From contig CATNEN010000001.1 in NCBI GenBank assembly GCA_950097015.1, forward strand, positions 25,730,001-25,794,000: a stretch of 64,000 nt of DNA, given 5' to 3'. Shown here in pieces: positions 35,059 through 48,500 of this stretch. The position numbers were made by a program, and so were the translations under genes. Under the pieces are notes generated by a model. That model saw only the letters and a list, made by a program, of their open reading frames with translations, did no database searches and was not told the origin of the DNA. How positions within the stretch are numbered: position 1 is the stretch's first letter; each line of letters begins with the position of its first letter. Origin of the DNA: Macrostomum hystrix (taxonomy: Eukaryota > Animalia > Platyhelminthes).

Positions 35059-37567
35059 AATTGTTTCCTAAGCAGGGTGGCATTCTCACTGGCGCAGTCT
35101 CAGCTGCACTCCTGTTCTGTGTGGCTGCCAGGACTGTTGAGCTCTCCTACATCGGCTGCTTCGTTGACAGCTCAATCAGGGACCTGAACGGACTGAGTGG
35201 CATCAGCAGCATCGGTGGACTCGCCGTCATAGCCAGTCGCATCGACTCAGCCAGCAACTCGCGTGAGTTCTGCAGCAGCGTCTGCTCACTGGGCGGCTTC
35301 GCCTACTTCGGCGTGCAAAACAGATTGAACTGCCTGTGCGGCAACTCATTCGGCCCATATGGAAAAGTTAGTGACAGCGAATGCAACATGACGTGCACTG
35401 GAAACCCGCTGCAGAAGTGCGGATCAGCTGGAGGAACTCATTGTTTGCCCTCACAACAACAACAACATAGTACGCTGTCAGAGTCTAGTACAGGGAGCGC
35501 TTGAGGGCCTGGGCGCGAACGAAGGCCGCGCCACCGGCAGAGTCCGGAGCGCCAGCATCATCCAGCAGGCAGTCGACGTAGCGCCGGGTGCGCGCCTGTC
35601 CTCGCCGGTAGGGTGCTTGTACCGTGAGCAGCAGGACCTCCTGCACCGGCTCTGGGCAGTACGACTCGGCGCGGATGACATGGCCTGCGAGCTGGAGTCG
35701 CCGATGGCGCAGAAGTTCACTTGGCCGGGCCAGGCCGGCGCGGCGGTAGAGTGCCGCATTGGAGACTCGCTGGTCGCCGATCTTTAAGGCAGCGCGCAGC
35801 AGGCCAGCGTACACGGCGTCGACCTGATGTTAAAGCGAGTCCGTCAGCGTCCAGGTCTCGGCGTTGTACAAGAGGACGGTCTCGATCACCGCCCGGAACA
35901 ACGCCGCCCTCTGACGGTCAGGTAGGGCCTCGGACTGCAGAACGGTCCTCACAGAACGGAAGGCCGCCCATGCAAGCCCGCGGCGACGCCGCAAATCGTC
36001 ACAAGCGTCGGGTACCAGACCGCCGAGGTAGACAAACTGCTGGCATCTTGGGAGCTCAGTTGCCTGCCCGTCAGCGCCTCGGCAGTAAATTGCAGCCTCG
36101 ATGTCGCCCGGCACGCAGAGCACTACGGTCTTCTGCGTGTTGACCACCAGGCCTACGCTCGCCGCAGCGCCAACCAGCCTGTCCAGCTGGCGCTGAGCGC
36201 CCTCGACGGTCGAGGACAGCAGGGCGAGATCGTCGGCGTAGCCAAGCACGCTGAGCCGTTTCTCCGGTTGACGTCGACCCACGCGTCGCCGCAGCTGAAG
36301 GCCATCGTTGTCAGTCGGAAGAGCAGTTCGCAGCACCCAGTCAAGCACTAGGATGAACAGGAACGGCGCCAGCGTATCCTCCTGGAGCACCCCGGAGGAT
36401 GTCTCGAAGAAGTCCGATAGGCCGTCCTGAGTTGACACAGCAGCAGTTGTGTGGCAGTACAAAGCCATGATGGCGGACACCAGCTGCTCTGGCACTTTGT
36501 ACGCTCGAAGCACCAGTGGGAGCGCGGCCCTGACGACCGAGTCGAATGCCTTCTTGAAGTCGATGAAGACTACAATCAGGTTCAACTGGCGAGTCCGCGC
36601 CTCCTCGATGACAAGGCGAAGAGCTAGGATCTGCATCACTGTGCCGCGATGAGGCCGGAAGCCGTTCTGCTCGGGTCGCAGATACGGGTCCAGCACGGGC
36701 TGCAACCGCGATAGCAGCATCCGGTTAAACAGCTTCGCAGCGCAGGACTGAAGGCAGATCCCTCGGTGCTCCTCTAGCCTTGTGGTGCTCGGCTTCTTAG
36801 GAATAGCGACGATTCGGCGGACGGTAGAGCGGATCTCGCACTCGTAGGTCGCAGATGAGTAGCCGATGGTCGGACCGCAGAGCCAGCGGCGTGATGGTGC
36901 GGCAGTTGATGGCGCGGCGGCGCTCCCGGAAGCGCACAAGCACGTGGTCGAGCTGTGCCAGCCTCCGTGTTGCGTACCGGCCGCGCGCGTTCCGCCGTCT
37001 TCGTTTGCAGCCCACGAAGGTCGCGAGCCTGCCAGGTGGCTTGCGGAAGCGGGTGTTGGCCGACACCATGTCCTGCCTCTCCAGGAAGTCCTCCAGCGCT
37101 TCGGTATTGCCGTTCTCGCGGGGCGTAACAAACAGCGATCACTCGGACCTACGCGGAACTGCGTTCAGGTCTACGAGGACATCCACTGTGTCTCGCTGCG
37201 CCATCGCCTCCACGTGCACCGAGAGTTGCTCGAAGAAATCTTGAGCCTCATCGGGCCGAGTGGCAGGGGGCGCGTAGCCGCATAAAAGGCGAGCGTTCCG
37301 GCCGCGAAGCCGGACGTCAACCCGAAGTAGCCGAGGGGACAGGGAGACGCAGCGACAGCTCTGCTGCAGCCTCGGTCCGATCAGCGCGCCGACTCCTCCA
37401 CGACCACGATGGTCCGCTGATGAGTAGTGTAGAGTCCATCCGGCACCCAGGTCTTCGCAGTGGAGCCCTGGTTCCGACCTGATGGACACCTCTTGCAGCG
37501 CGATGACATCGCAGCTCAGGTCGTGCGCTAGCTTCGCCAGCAGTCCTCTCCGCCCTCACCTACCTCT
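35059..37567 (+). pseudogene. WSC-domain protein exon interrupted by an RTE LINE
   Basis: Hydrophobic leader, then YIGCFVD...FCSSVC...FAYFGVQ...CLCGNS...ECNMTCTGN...CG. A -1 frameshift precedes WRNSLF. The exon resumes after the LINE at 37560-37567 and ends at a gtgagt donor. Confidence 0.8.
35455..37551 (-). mobile_element. RTE-clade non-LTR retrotransposon, copy 1 (5'-truncated, internally deleted)
   Basis: APE endonuclease (DVIALQE, RGGVG, YAP, SDH) and RT (QNGFRP, FIDFKKAFDSV, YADD, YLG, LLYNAETWTL). (TTG)n tail; TSD GCCCTCAC at 35447-35454 and 37552-37559; stops and frameshifts. Confidence 0.93.
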
Positions 37568-37675
37568 GTGAGTAACCATTTTTTGTAAGAACCGAGACTA
37601 AAGCATGAACCGAGACTCACGAGCAAAGTGCTCATATTAAATAGTTGCGAAGAGAGCGATCGCTGCGACACAACC

Positions 37676-37801
37676 CGATGGGGTGGCGTGCACTCGCGAG
37701 ATGTACACGCATGAACACTAGCAACTAGCTTGCAGAGAGTTGTGCGGACTTCATAAGGCCTCACTGTGAGATATTCAACACTATCTATAGCCATTATATA
37801 C
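37676..37801 (+). repeat. About 125-bp dispersed direct repeat, copy 1
   Basis: Nearly identical to 50638-50767. Confidence 0.9.
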
Positions 37802-37957
37802 ATATTTTACTTCCAGGAGTAAAATATTTTATCAAGCTATCAAATTAATATCACCAAGTTTTTTAGTCGACTAGGCAAAAGGTTGAAAGATTATTTGAGT
37901 GTTTCATACACAAGTTCTTTAGGAAACAGGGAAGCCAAGTGGTCAATAGTAAAACAG

Positions 37958-38403
37958 TGGTCCAGGGGGAAGCCAGTGGTCCAGAGGGAAGCCAGGGTCC
38001 AGGGGGAAGCCAGGGATCCAGAGGGATGCCAGGGATCCAGAGAGAAGCCAGGGTCCAGAGGGAAGCCAGGGTCCAGGGGAAGCCAGGGTCCAGGGGGAAG
38101 CCAGGAGTCCAGAGGGAAGCCAGGAGTCCAGAGGGAAGCCAGGAGTCCAGAGGGAAGCCAGGAGTCCAGAGGGAAGCCAGGGTCCAGGGGGAAGCCAGGG
38201 GTTCAGGGGGAAGCCAGGGATCCAGAGGGAAGCCAGAAGTCTCGAATGAAGCCAGGGAGCCAGGGAGAAGCCAGGGGTCCAGAGGGAAACCAGAATTCTT
38301 GAAGGAAGCCATGGGTCAGGAGGAAAGCCAGGGGTCCAGAGGGAGGCAAGGGGTCCAAAGAGAAGCCAGAGTGATCTGGAGGGAAGCCGAGGTCAGAGGG
38401 AAG
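37958..38403. repeat. About 19/20-bp degenerate G-rich minisatellite (ccagagggaagccagg[a]gt)
   Basis: Tandem degenerate copies. Confidence 0.9.
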
Positions 38404-39575
38404 CTTTAAATATTTGAGACCCTTATTAGAAAAAAGATATAAAAAGATAAGCCTAATAACAATGCACAAAATTGGTCTTAGCTAACAAATAATTTGAATA
38501 ATTGTAACAATAGCAACATTATACAGGCCATATATCATTGTTTTCTAGACTACAACTAGGCCCCTTGTTACAGCTAGTTATCCTAGCTTGTTATATTGTT
38601 TTATAAGCTTCTTATAGCTTGTTCTCCTTATTTATCCTTATCAGCAATTTTTATCTTAGCTAGGCCAGATCTTAACAGCGTATGTTACCTGTGAGCCTTT
38701 GTAATTTATTTTAATAGCTATAATTATTAATTTAGCCTAGCCTAGCCCTAGTGCATAGTTTATTTAAATAAGTTCGAATTCTTGAAACCAGACCAGAAAC
38801 CAGAATTCACCCGTTAGTTCAGAGCATACTGTGAGATATTACCAGACGGGTTCGGAGCGGGCATGAAAGCGCGATTTAACCGCGTCTAGACGCCATCTTT
38901 TTACGATATCTTTTCCGTCTAGACGGTAGGTCATGGGGTGGCTTCCAATAATCTGACAAAATCTAACTTTAACAGTAGGACTACCAAGCCATTTTGCCGC
39001 CCGTTTTTATTCCAAGGGGGGGGGAATTCCCCCCTGAGAACATTTTTTGGCAGCACCTGTAAGCTAACCGCGTAGGGTGATGACTGATTGGTTGACAGAC
39101 TAGGCGATGGTGTACTGTAGTTGAGCTGCGCCTCAAACATTGAATATCTCGACAGTCTGAAGATCTGGCGACTCGTTTCTTTTTCCAGAAGATGCGCAGC
39201 AAAAAGTTGACCCGTGTTCTTGAGTTTCGTGTGCTTGCATTGTTCCGTTCGGGTGCAGCAAAAAACATTGTTTGTTTGGAAAAACTTCCCCCACCCTTGG
39301 TAGTTATACTTTTAATAACTTTTCTAAGAAACGAAGTGTCCCGTCCTTCTTCTAGTAGTCCTTAAGGGCGGGCTGCCGTTAGTTTCAACCTCGTTTTAAC
39401 ATGCGTAGGCTGACTACAACGAGTCGGCCCGCGAAACTTGTCTATGGTAATTTCGAAGCATTCCGAGAGACGCGTCTATCTTTCTCAAATAGAGACGGCC
39501 ATAGTACTCGTGCTCCTGTGTAGCGAATCTGCTCTGTTAAAATTGCTTGCACTAGATCTTGACACAGACTTCAAG

Positions 39576-42500
39576 ATGAGACGATTCCAAGAAATAAAAG
39601 AAGAGAAAGTGCTTCCTAACTGGACACCACAGGAACTGAAGAAAATTGCCAAGGTGTATAATAAGCAAACATCGTCCATTTATTATCTGGACCTAGAGTT
39701 ACCAGAAAACCGCTCAAGGAGCCATTCGGAGACCTCGGAAAGTACTTGTACAACTGAAGTGAGCTCGAAGCCAAATCGAAAATTTTCCTTCACTTGCCTG
39801 AAAAACCCAGACAATATTTTGCCAGCTCTCACACTGTTGTCAATGATTCTTGCTGTGCCAGTTGGTCTCTCGATTCACCGACTGGAGCCCAGCGAACTGA
39901 CTGTCGAGCTTATCGGCTTACCGGGTGAATTGCTGATCAACATGCTCAACCTGATGGTTTTTCCGTTGCTTTTCTCTTCACTAGTGTCCGGTTCGTGCTT
40001 GCTCGTGCTTTTCTGTTTGATCATTTTTACTTTTAGCTCAGAACGTAAGTGAGCAAGCAGTCGAACAACAGTAGGGTTTGGGAGTGGGAGAAAACTTCTA
40101 CTAGGAAGTGGGGGTTTTGCAGCCAATTATAAATGAGCAGGGTTAGAGGTAAGAGGAGACACTCCCTGAGGACTGGGGTTGTTGCAGCCAATTATAAATG
40201 AGCAGGATTAGAGGTAAGAGGAGACACTCCCTGAGGCCAGGGGTTTTTGCAGCCAATTATAAATGAGCAGGGTAAGAGGTGAGAGAAGACACTCCCTGAG
40301 GCCAGGGGTTGTTGCAGCCAATTATAAATGAGCAGGGTAAGAGGTGAGAGAAAACACTCCCTGAGGCCAGGGGTTGTTGCAGCCAATTATAAAGCATCCG
40401 GGAGTTAGAACCTTAAAACGCTATAAAAAGAGCCAAAATACGAGCGTCCAAACACTCGTAAGTGTCCAAAATTGACCTCTCACTTTAAATTAAAACGCCA
40501 GGGTTCTCTAATCCGAAGATAAAATCTATGAACCGGATTTCCGTCTTCATGCTTTTTTACTTCTTCTTCTCGTGCTTGGCTGCTGTGGTAATCGGCATCA
40601 TTCTAACGGTCATTATTCAGCCAGGCAATAACAATCATTTGAAGAAACATTTTCCGGCCAGAGGCTACGATATCTCTAAAAGGCAAAGCATCGAAGTGCT
40701 TTTAAATATTCTGAGCCTAATACTGTGCGTTTCGAATAATCTAATTAACATTTGATGTTAAGAATATATTATAAATCATATCAAACCATCGTATGAATCT
40801 CGCAGCGACTAGAATAAAATAGCAATCCAAATCCCTTGATACCTTCTACATGGAGTAGATTAGCAATACAAATCCCTTGATACCTTCTGCATGGAGCAGA
40901 TTAGCAATCCAAATCCCTTGATACCTTCTGCATGGAGCAGATTAGCAATCCAAATCCCTTGATACCTTCTGCATGGAGTAGATTAGCAATCCAAATCCCT
41001 TGATACCTTCTGCATGGAGTAGATTAGCAATCCAAATCCCTTGATACCTTCTGCATGGAGTAGATTAGCAATCCAAATCCATTGATACCTTCTGCATGGA
41101 GTAGATTAGCAATCCAAATCCATTGATACCTTCTGCATGGAGCAGATTAGCAATCCAAATCCCTTGATACCTTCTGCATGGAGCAGATTAGCAATCCAAA
41201 TCCCTTGATACCTTCTGCATGGAGTAGATTAGCAATCCAAATCCCTTGATACCTTCTGCATGGAGTAGATTAGCAATCCAAATCCCTTGATACCTTCTGC
41301 ATGGAGTAGATTAGCAATCCAAATCCCTTGATATCTTCTGCATGGAGTAGATTAGCAATCCAAATCCCTTGATATCTTCTGCATGGAGTAGATTAGCAAT
41401 CCAAATCCCTTAATATCTTCTGCATGGAGTAGATTAGCAATCCAAATCCATTGATACCTTCTGCATGGAGTAGATTAGCAATCCAAATCCCTTGATATCT
41501 TCTGCATGGAGTAGATTAGCAATCCAAATCCCTTGATATCTTCTGCATGGAGTAGATTAGCAATCCAAATCCCTTGATACCTTCTGCATGGAGTAGATTA
41601 GCAATCCAAATCCCTTGATACCTTCTGCATGGAGTAGATTAGCAATCCAAATCCCTTGATATCTTCTGCATGGAGTAGATTAGCAATCCAAATCCCTTGA
41701 TACCTTCTGCATGGAGTAGATTAGCAATCCAAATCCCTTGATACCTTCTGCATGGAGTAGATTAGCAATCCAAATCCATTGATACCTTCTGCATGGAGTA
41801 GATTTGCAATCCAAATCCATTGATACCTTCTGCATGGAGCAGATTAGCAATCCAAATCCCTTGATACCTTCTGCATGGAGCAGATTAGCAATCCAAATCC
41901 CTTGATACCTTCTGCATGGAGTAGATTAGCAATCCAAATCCCTTGATACCTTCTGCATGGAGTAGATTAGCAATCCAAATCCCTTGATACCTTCTGCATG
42001 GAGTAGATTAGCAATCCAAATCCATTGATACCTTCTGCATGGAGTAGATTAGCAATCCAAATCCCTTGATATCTTCTGCATGGAGTAGATTAGCAATCCA
42101 AATCCCTTGATACCTTCTGCATGGAGTAGACTAGCAATCCAAATCCCTTGATACCTTCTGCATGGAGTAGATTAGCAATCCAAATCCCTTGATACATTCT
42201 GCATGGAGTAGATTAGCAATCCAAATCCCTTGATACATTCTGCATGGAGTAGATTAGCAATCCAAATCCCTTGATATCTTCTGCATGGAGTAGATTAGCA
42301 ATCCAAATCCCTTGATATCTTCTGCATGGAGTAGATTAGCAATCCAAATCCCTTGATATCTTCTGCACGGAGTAGATTAGCAATCCAAATCCCTTGATAT
42401 CTTCTGCATGGAGTAGATTAGCAATCCAAATCCCTTGATATCTTCTGCATGGAGTAGATTAGCAATCCAAATCCCTTAATATCTTCTGCATGGAGTAGAT

Positions 42501-45500
42501 TAGCAATCCAAATCCATTGATACCTTCTGCATGGAGTAGATTAGCAATCCAAATCCCTTGATATCTTCTGCATGGAGTAGATTAGCAATCCAAATCCCTT
42601 GATATCTTCTGCATGGAGTAGATTAGCAATCCAAATCCCTTGATACCTTCTGCATGGAGTAGATTAGCAATCCAAATCCCTTGATACCTTCTGCATGGAG
42701 TAGATTAGCAATCCAAATCCCTTGATACCTTCTGCATGGAGTAGATTAGCAATCCAAATCCCTTGATATCTTCTGCATGGAGTAGATTAGCAATCCAAAT
42801 CCCTTGATATCTTCTGCATGGAGTAGATTAGCAATCCAAATCCCTTGATATCTTCTGCATGGAGTAGACTAGCAATCCAAATCCTTTGATACCTTCTGCA
42901 TGGAGTAGATTAGCAATCCAAATCCCTTGATACATTCTGCATGGAGTAGATTAGCAATCCAAATCCCTTGATACATTCTGCATGGAGTAGATTTGCAATC
43001 CAAATCCCTTGATACATTCTGCATGGAGTAGATTTGCAATCCAAATCCCTTGATATCTTCTGCATGGAGAAGATTAGCAATCCAAATCCCTTGATATCTT
43101 CTGCATGGAGTAGATTAGCAATCCAAATCCCTTGATACCTTCTGCATGGAGTAGATTAGCAATCCAAATCCATTGATACCTTCTGCATGGAGTAGATTAG
43201 CAATCCAAATCCCTTGATACCTTCTGCATGGAGTAGATTAGCAATCCAAATCCCTTGATACCTTCTGCATGGAGTAGATTAGCAATCCAAATCCCTTGAT
43301 ATCTTCTGCATGGAGTAGATTAGCAATCCAAATCCCTTGATACCTTCTGCACGGAGTAGATTAGCAATCCAAATCCCTTGATACCTTCTGCATGGAGTAG
43401 ATTAGCAATCCAAATCCCTTGATATCTTCTGCATGGAGTAGATTAGCAATCCAAATCCCTTGATACCTTCTGCACGGAGTAGATTAGCAATCCAAATCCC
43501 TTGATACCTTCTGCATGGAGTAGATTAGCAATCCAAATCCCTTGATACCTTCTGCATGGAGTAGATTAGCAATCCAAATCCCTTGATACCTTCTGCATGG
43601 AGTAGATTAGCAATCCAAATCCCTTGATATCTTCTGCATGGAGTAGATTAGCAATCCAAATCCCTTGATATCTTCTGCATGGAGTAGATTAGCAATCCAA
43701 ATCCCTTGATACCTTCTGCATGGAGTAGATTAGCAATCCAAATCCCTTGATACCTTCTGCATGGAGTAGATTAGCAATCCAAATCCCTTGATATCTTCTG
43801 CATGGAGTAGATTAGCAATCCAAATCCCTTGATATCTTCTGCATGGAGTAGATTAGCAATCCAAATCCCTTGATATCTTCTGCATGGAGTAGATTAGCAA
43901 TCCAAATCCCTTGATATCTTCTGCACGGAGTAGATTAGCAATCCAAATCCCTTGATATCTTCTGCATGGAGTAGATTAGCAATCCAAATCCCTTGATACC
44001 TTCTGCATGGAGTAGATTAGCAATCCAAATCCCTTGATATCTTCTGCATGGAGTAGATTAGCAATCCAAATCCATTGATATCTTCTGCATGGAGTAGATT
44101 AGCAATCCAAATCCCTTGATACCTTCTGCACGGAGTAGATTAGCAATCCAAATCCCTTGATATCTTCTGCATGGAGTAGATTAGCAATCCAAATCCCTTG
44201 ATACCTTCTGCACGGAGTAGATTAGCAATCCAAATCCCTTGATACCTTCTGCATGGAGTAGATTAGCAATCCAAATCCCTTGATACCTTCTGCATGGAGT
44301 AGATTAGCAATCCAAATCCCTTGATATCTTCTGCATGGAGTAGATTAGCAATCCAAATCCCTTGATACCTTCTGCATGGAGTAGATTAGCAATCCAAATC
44401 CATTGATACCTTCTGCATGGAGTAGATTAGCAATCCAAATCCCTTGATATCTTCTGCATGGAGTAGATTAGCAATCCAAATCCCTTGATACCTTCTGCAT
44501 GGAGTAGATTAGCAATCCAAATCCCTTGATATCTTCTGCATGGAGTAGATTAGCAATCCAAATCCCTTGATACCTTCTGCACGGAGTAGATTAGCAATCC
44601 AAATCCCTTGATATCTTCTGCACGGAGTAGATTAGCAATCCAAATCCCTTGATACCTTCTGCATGGAGTAGATTAGCAATCCAAATCCCTTGATATCTTC
44701 TGCATGGAGTAGATTAGCAATCCAAATCCCTTGATATCTTCTGCATGGAGTAGATTAGCAATCCAAATCCCTTGATACCTTCTGCATGGAGTAGATTAGC
44801 AATCCAAATCCATTGATACCTTCTGCATGGAGTAGATTAGCAATCCAAATCCCTTGATACCTTCTGCATGGAGTAGATTAGCAATCCAAATCCCTTGATA
44901 CCTTCTGCATGGAGTAGATTAGCAATCCAAATCCCTTGATACCTTCTGCATGGAGTAGATTAGCAATCCAAATCCCTTGATACCTTCTGCACGGAGTAGA
45001 TTAGCAATCCAAATCCCTTGATATCTTCTGCACGGAGTAGATTAGCAATCCAAATCCCTTGATACCTTCTGCATGGAGTAGATTAGCAATCCAAATCCCT
45101 TGATACCTTCTGCATGGAGTAGATTAGCAATCCAAATCCCTTGATACCTTCTGCATGGAGTAGATTAGCAATCCAAATCCCTTGATACCTTCTGCATGGA
45201 GCAGATTAGCAATCCAAATCCATTGATACCTTCTGCATGGAGTAGATTAGCAATCCAAATCCCTTGATATCTTCTGCATGGAGTAGATTAGCAATCCAAA
45301 TCCCTTGATACCTTCTGCATGGAGTAGATTAGCAATCCAAAACCCTTGATATCTTCTGCATGGAGTAGACTAGCAATCCAAATCCCTTGATACCTTCTGC
45401 ATGGAGTAGATTAGCAATCCAAATCCCTTGATACCTTCTGCATGGAGTAGATTAGCAATCCAAATCCCTTGATACCTTCTGCATGGAGTAGATTAGCAAT

Positions 45501-48500
45501 CCAAATCCCTTGATGCTTACAATACAGAGTAGACCAATAATAAATAAACTTACAGCCTATCTTACTATTTGATTCTCACTGCTTGAAGTGCCCCATTTCA
45601 GAAACATTTTCCCAGATGGTTTTCTTCAAGAAACATTTCACCGAAAAAAAGCTGCTTTTTCTGGCGATAACATTTATGACGATGCGCGGATTAGGCCTAG
45701 ATATTCTGAAGGGATGAACTTGCTGGGTAAGTTTTAAGTATCCTTATATGCTCAGTTTAATAATTGGCCTGTCACTAAGCCGCAACCCAACCCGAATTTC
45801 AGCTTGCGTCAGTTTCTCAATTTTCTTCGGTTCGGTGATAAAACGCTTGTCAAATCACACGGGAGACCTGATTGACCTGATGGTTGCCATCAACGACACT
45901 TGCTGCATGATGGTGCGGGTCATAACTTGGTGAGTCCTTGGTGCAATCTAATGACCAAAAAAGCAACTGACCCAATCTCTAACTGACCCAATCTCTAACT
46001 GACTCAATCTCTAACTGACCCAATCTCTAACTGACCCAATCGCTAACTGAACCATTCTCTAACTGACCCAATCTCAAACTGACCCAATCTCAAACTGACC
46101 CAATCTCTAACTGACCCATTCTATAACTGACCCAACTCTAACTGACCCATTCTCTATCTGACCCATCTCTAACTGACCCAATCTCTAACTGACCCAATCT
46201 CTAACTGACCCAATCTCTAACTGACCCAATCTCTAACTGACCCAATCTCTAACTGACCCAATCTCTAACTGACCCAATCTCTATCTGACCCAATATCTAA
46301 CTGACCCATCTCTAACTGACCCATTCTCTATCTGACCCATCTCTAACTGACCCAATCTCTAACTGACCCAATCTCTAACTGACCCAATCTCTAACTGACC
46401 CAATCTCTAACTGACCCAATCTCTAACTGACCCAATCTCTATCTGACCCAATATCTAACTGACCCATCTCTAACTGACCCATTCTCTCACTGACCAATCT
46501 CTAACTGACCCAATCTCTAACTGACGAAATCTCTAACTGACCAATCTCTATCTGACCCAATCTCTAACTGACCCAATCTCTATCTGACCCAATCTCTAAC
46601 TGACGAAATCTCTAACTGACCAATCTCTATCTGACCCATTCTCTAACTGATACATAACTAACCCAAACCAGAACTGACGAAAGCGTATGAGTCGTGGAAA
46701 AAATACATTTCAAACTTATCTTATTTCAATGCAACGTTTTCAAGGGTTGCCATTTAAACTTCCATCTAACCTCTCACCTCACTAAACCTAGGTACACACC
46801 GGTTGGGGTGTTCTCGATACTGGTGATAACTACGTTGGAAAATCAGGAATTGAGCAAGAAACCAAATACCATAATGGAGAGAGATCCTAAAGGGATATTT
46901 CCACACCTAGGCTACTTCGTACTGACTGTGTTAATTGGCTTTGTATTGCAAACATGCCTTCAGGCATTGTCCTACCTGGTTCTGGTTAACAGGAATCCGA
47001 TCAAAGTTTTTCTGGGCACCTTCCAGGCTTGTGTGACGGCTTTTGGCACCGCATCCTCAGCTGCCACCCTGCCGATCACTTTCCATTGCACTGAGGACAA
47101 GCTGGGCATTGATAAGAGAATCACTAAAATTGTGCTGCCCATTGGTACAACAACAACAACAACAACAAAGTACGCTGTCAGGTTGAAAAGGCAGCGTCAC
47201 AGTGCACGCTTCAGAGCCTGGGCGCGAACAAAGGCCGCACCGCCGGCAGTGTCCGGGGCGCCAGCATCGGCCAGCAGGCAGTCGACGAAACGCCGAGTTC
47301 GGGCCTGGCCGCGCCGGTAGGGTGCCTGCAGCGTTAGCAGCAGCACCTCCTGCACCGGCTGCGGGCAGTAGGACTCGGCGCGGATGATGTGGCCTGCAAG
47401 CTGGAGTCGCCGAAGTCGCAGCAGTTCACTCGGACGGGCCAGGCCGGCGCGACGATAGAGTGCCGCGTTAGTGATCCGCTCGTCGCTGATCTTAAAGGCG
47501 GCACGCAGCAGGCCAGCGTGCGCCGCGTTGACTTGCTGTTCTAGCGAATCAGTCAGCGTCCACGTCTCGGCGTTGTACAACAGGACGGTCTCGACCACCG
47601 CCTGGAACAGCGCCGCCCTCTGGCGATCAGGTAGGGCCTCGGACTGCAGGACCGCCCTCACAGAACGAAAGGCAGCCCAAGCGTACCGGCGGCGACGCCT
47701 CAGATCTTCGCGGACGTCAGGTACCAGACCGCCGAGGTAGACGAACTGCTGACAGCGCGGAAGCTCCGTTACCTGCCCGTCAGCGCTTCGGCAGAAAATT
47801 GCGGCCTCGATGTCGCCCGGCACGCAGAGCACAACGGTCTTCTTCGTGTTGACCAACAGGCCGACGCTCGCTGCAGCGCTAACCAGCTTATCCAGCTGGC
47901 GCTGGGCGTCCTCTACGGTCGAGGACAGCAGGGCGAGGTCATCGGCGTAGCCAAGCACGCTGAGCCGCTTCTCCGGTTGACGTCGACCCACGCGTCGCCG
48001 CAGTAGGAAGCCGTCTTCGTCGGTAGGAAGAGCAGTTCGTAGCACCCAGTCAAGCACCAGGACGAACAGGAACGGCGCTAGAGTGTCCCCCTGGAGCACC
48101 CCGGAGGATGTCTCGAAGGGGTCCGACAGGCCGTCCGGCGTCATCACAGCTGCTCTCGTAGCACAGTACAACGCCATGATGGCGGAGATCAGCTGTTCTG
48201 GCACATGGTACGCGCGGAGCACATGTGGGAGCGCAGCCCTCGCAACCGAGTCGAAAGCCTTCATGAAGTCAATGAAGACAACGATCAGGTCCAACTGGCG
48301 CGTGCGCGCCTCCTCGATGATTCGGCGAAGAGCTAGGATCTGCGTCACTGTGCCACGGTGGGGCCGAAACCCATTGGTACAGCAGTAAACATGAACGCAG
48401 CTGCGATGTACATGGCTGCGTTTGGTGTTTTCACGGCACAGGTTTTTGACATCAGACTTACCTCTGTTCAGATAATAACCGCCAGGTGAGAAGTACTGTG

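Noticed and set aside
37685-37730. Hairpin plus CTAG as a Helitron 3' end
   Set aside because: CTAG is not followed by T, and homology between the two copies continues about 75 bp beyond it. Kept only as a direct repeat.
40820-45514. Regular 41-bp (and 36/35-bp) repeats resembling a CRISPR array
   Set aside because: Units are head-to-tail with no unique spacers, there are no cas genes, and the context is a eukaryotic intron.
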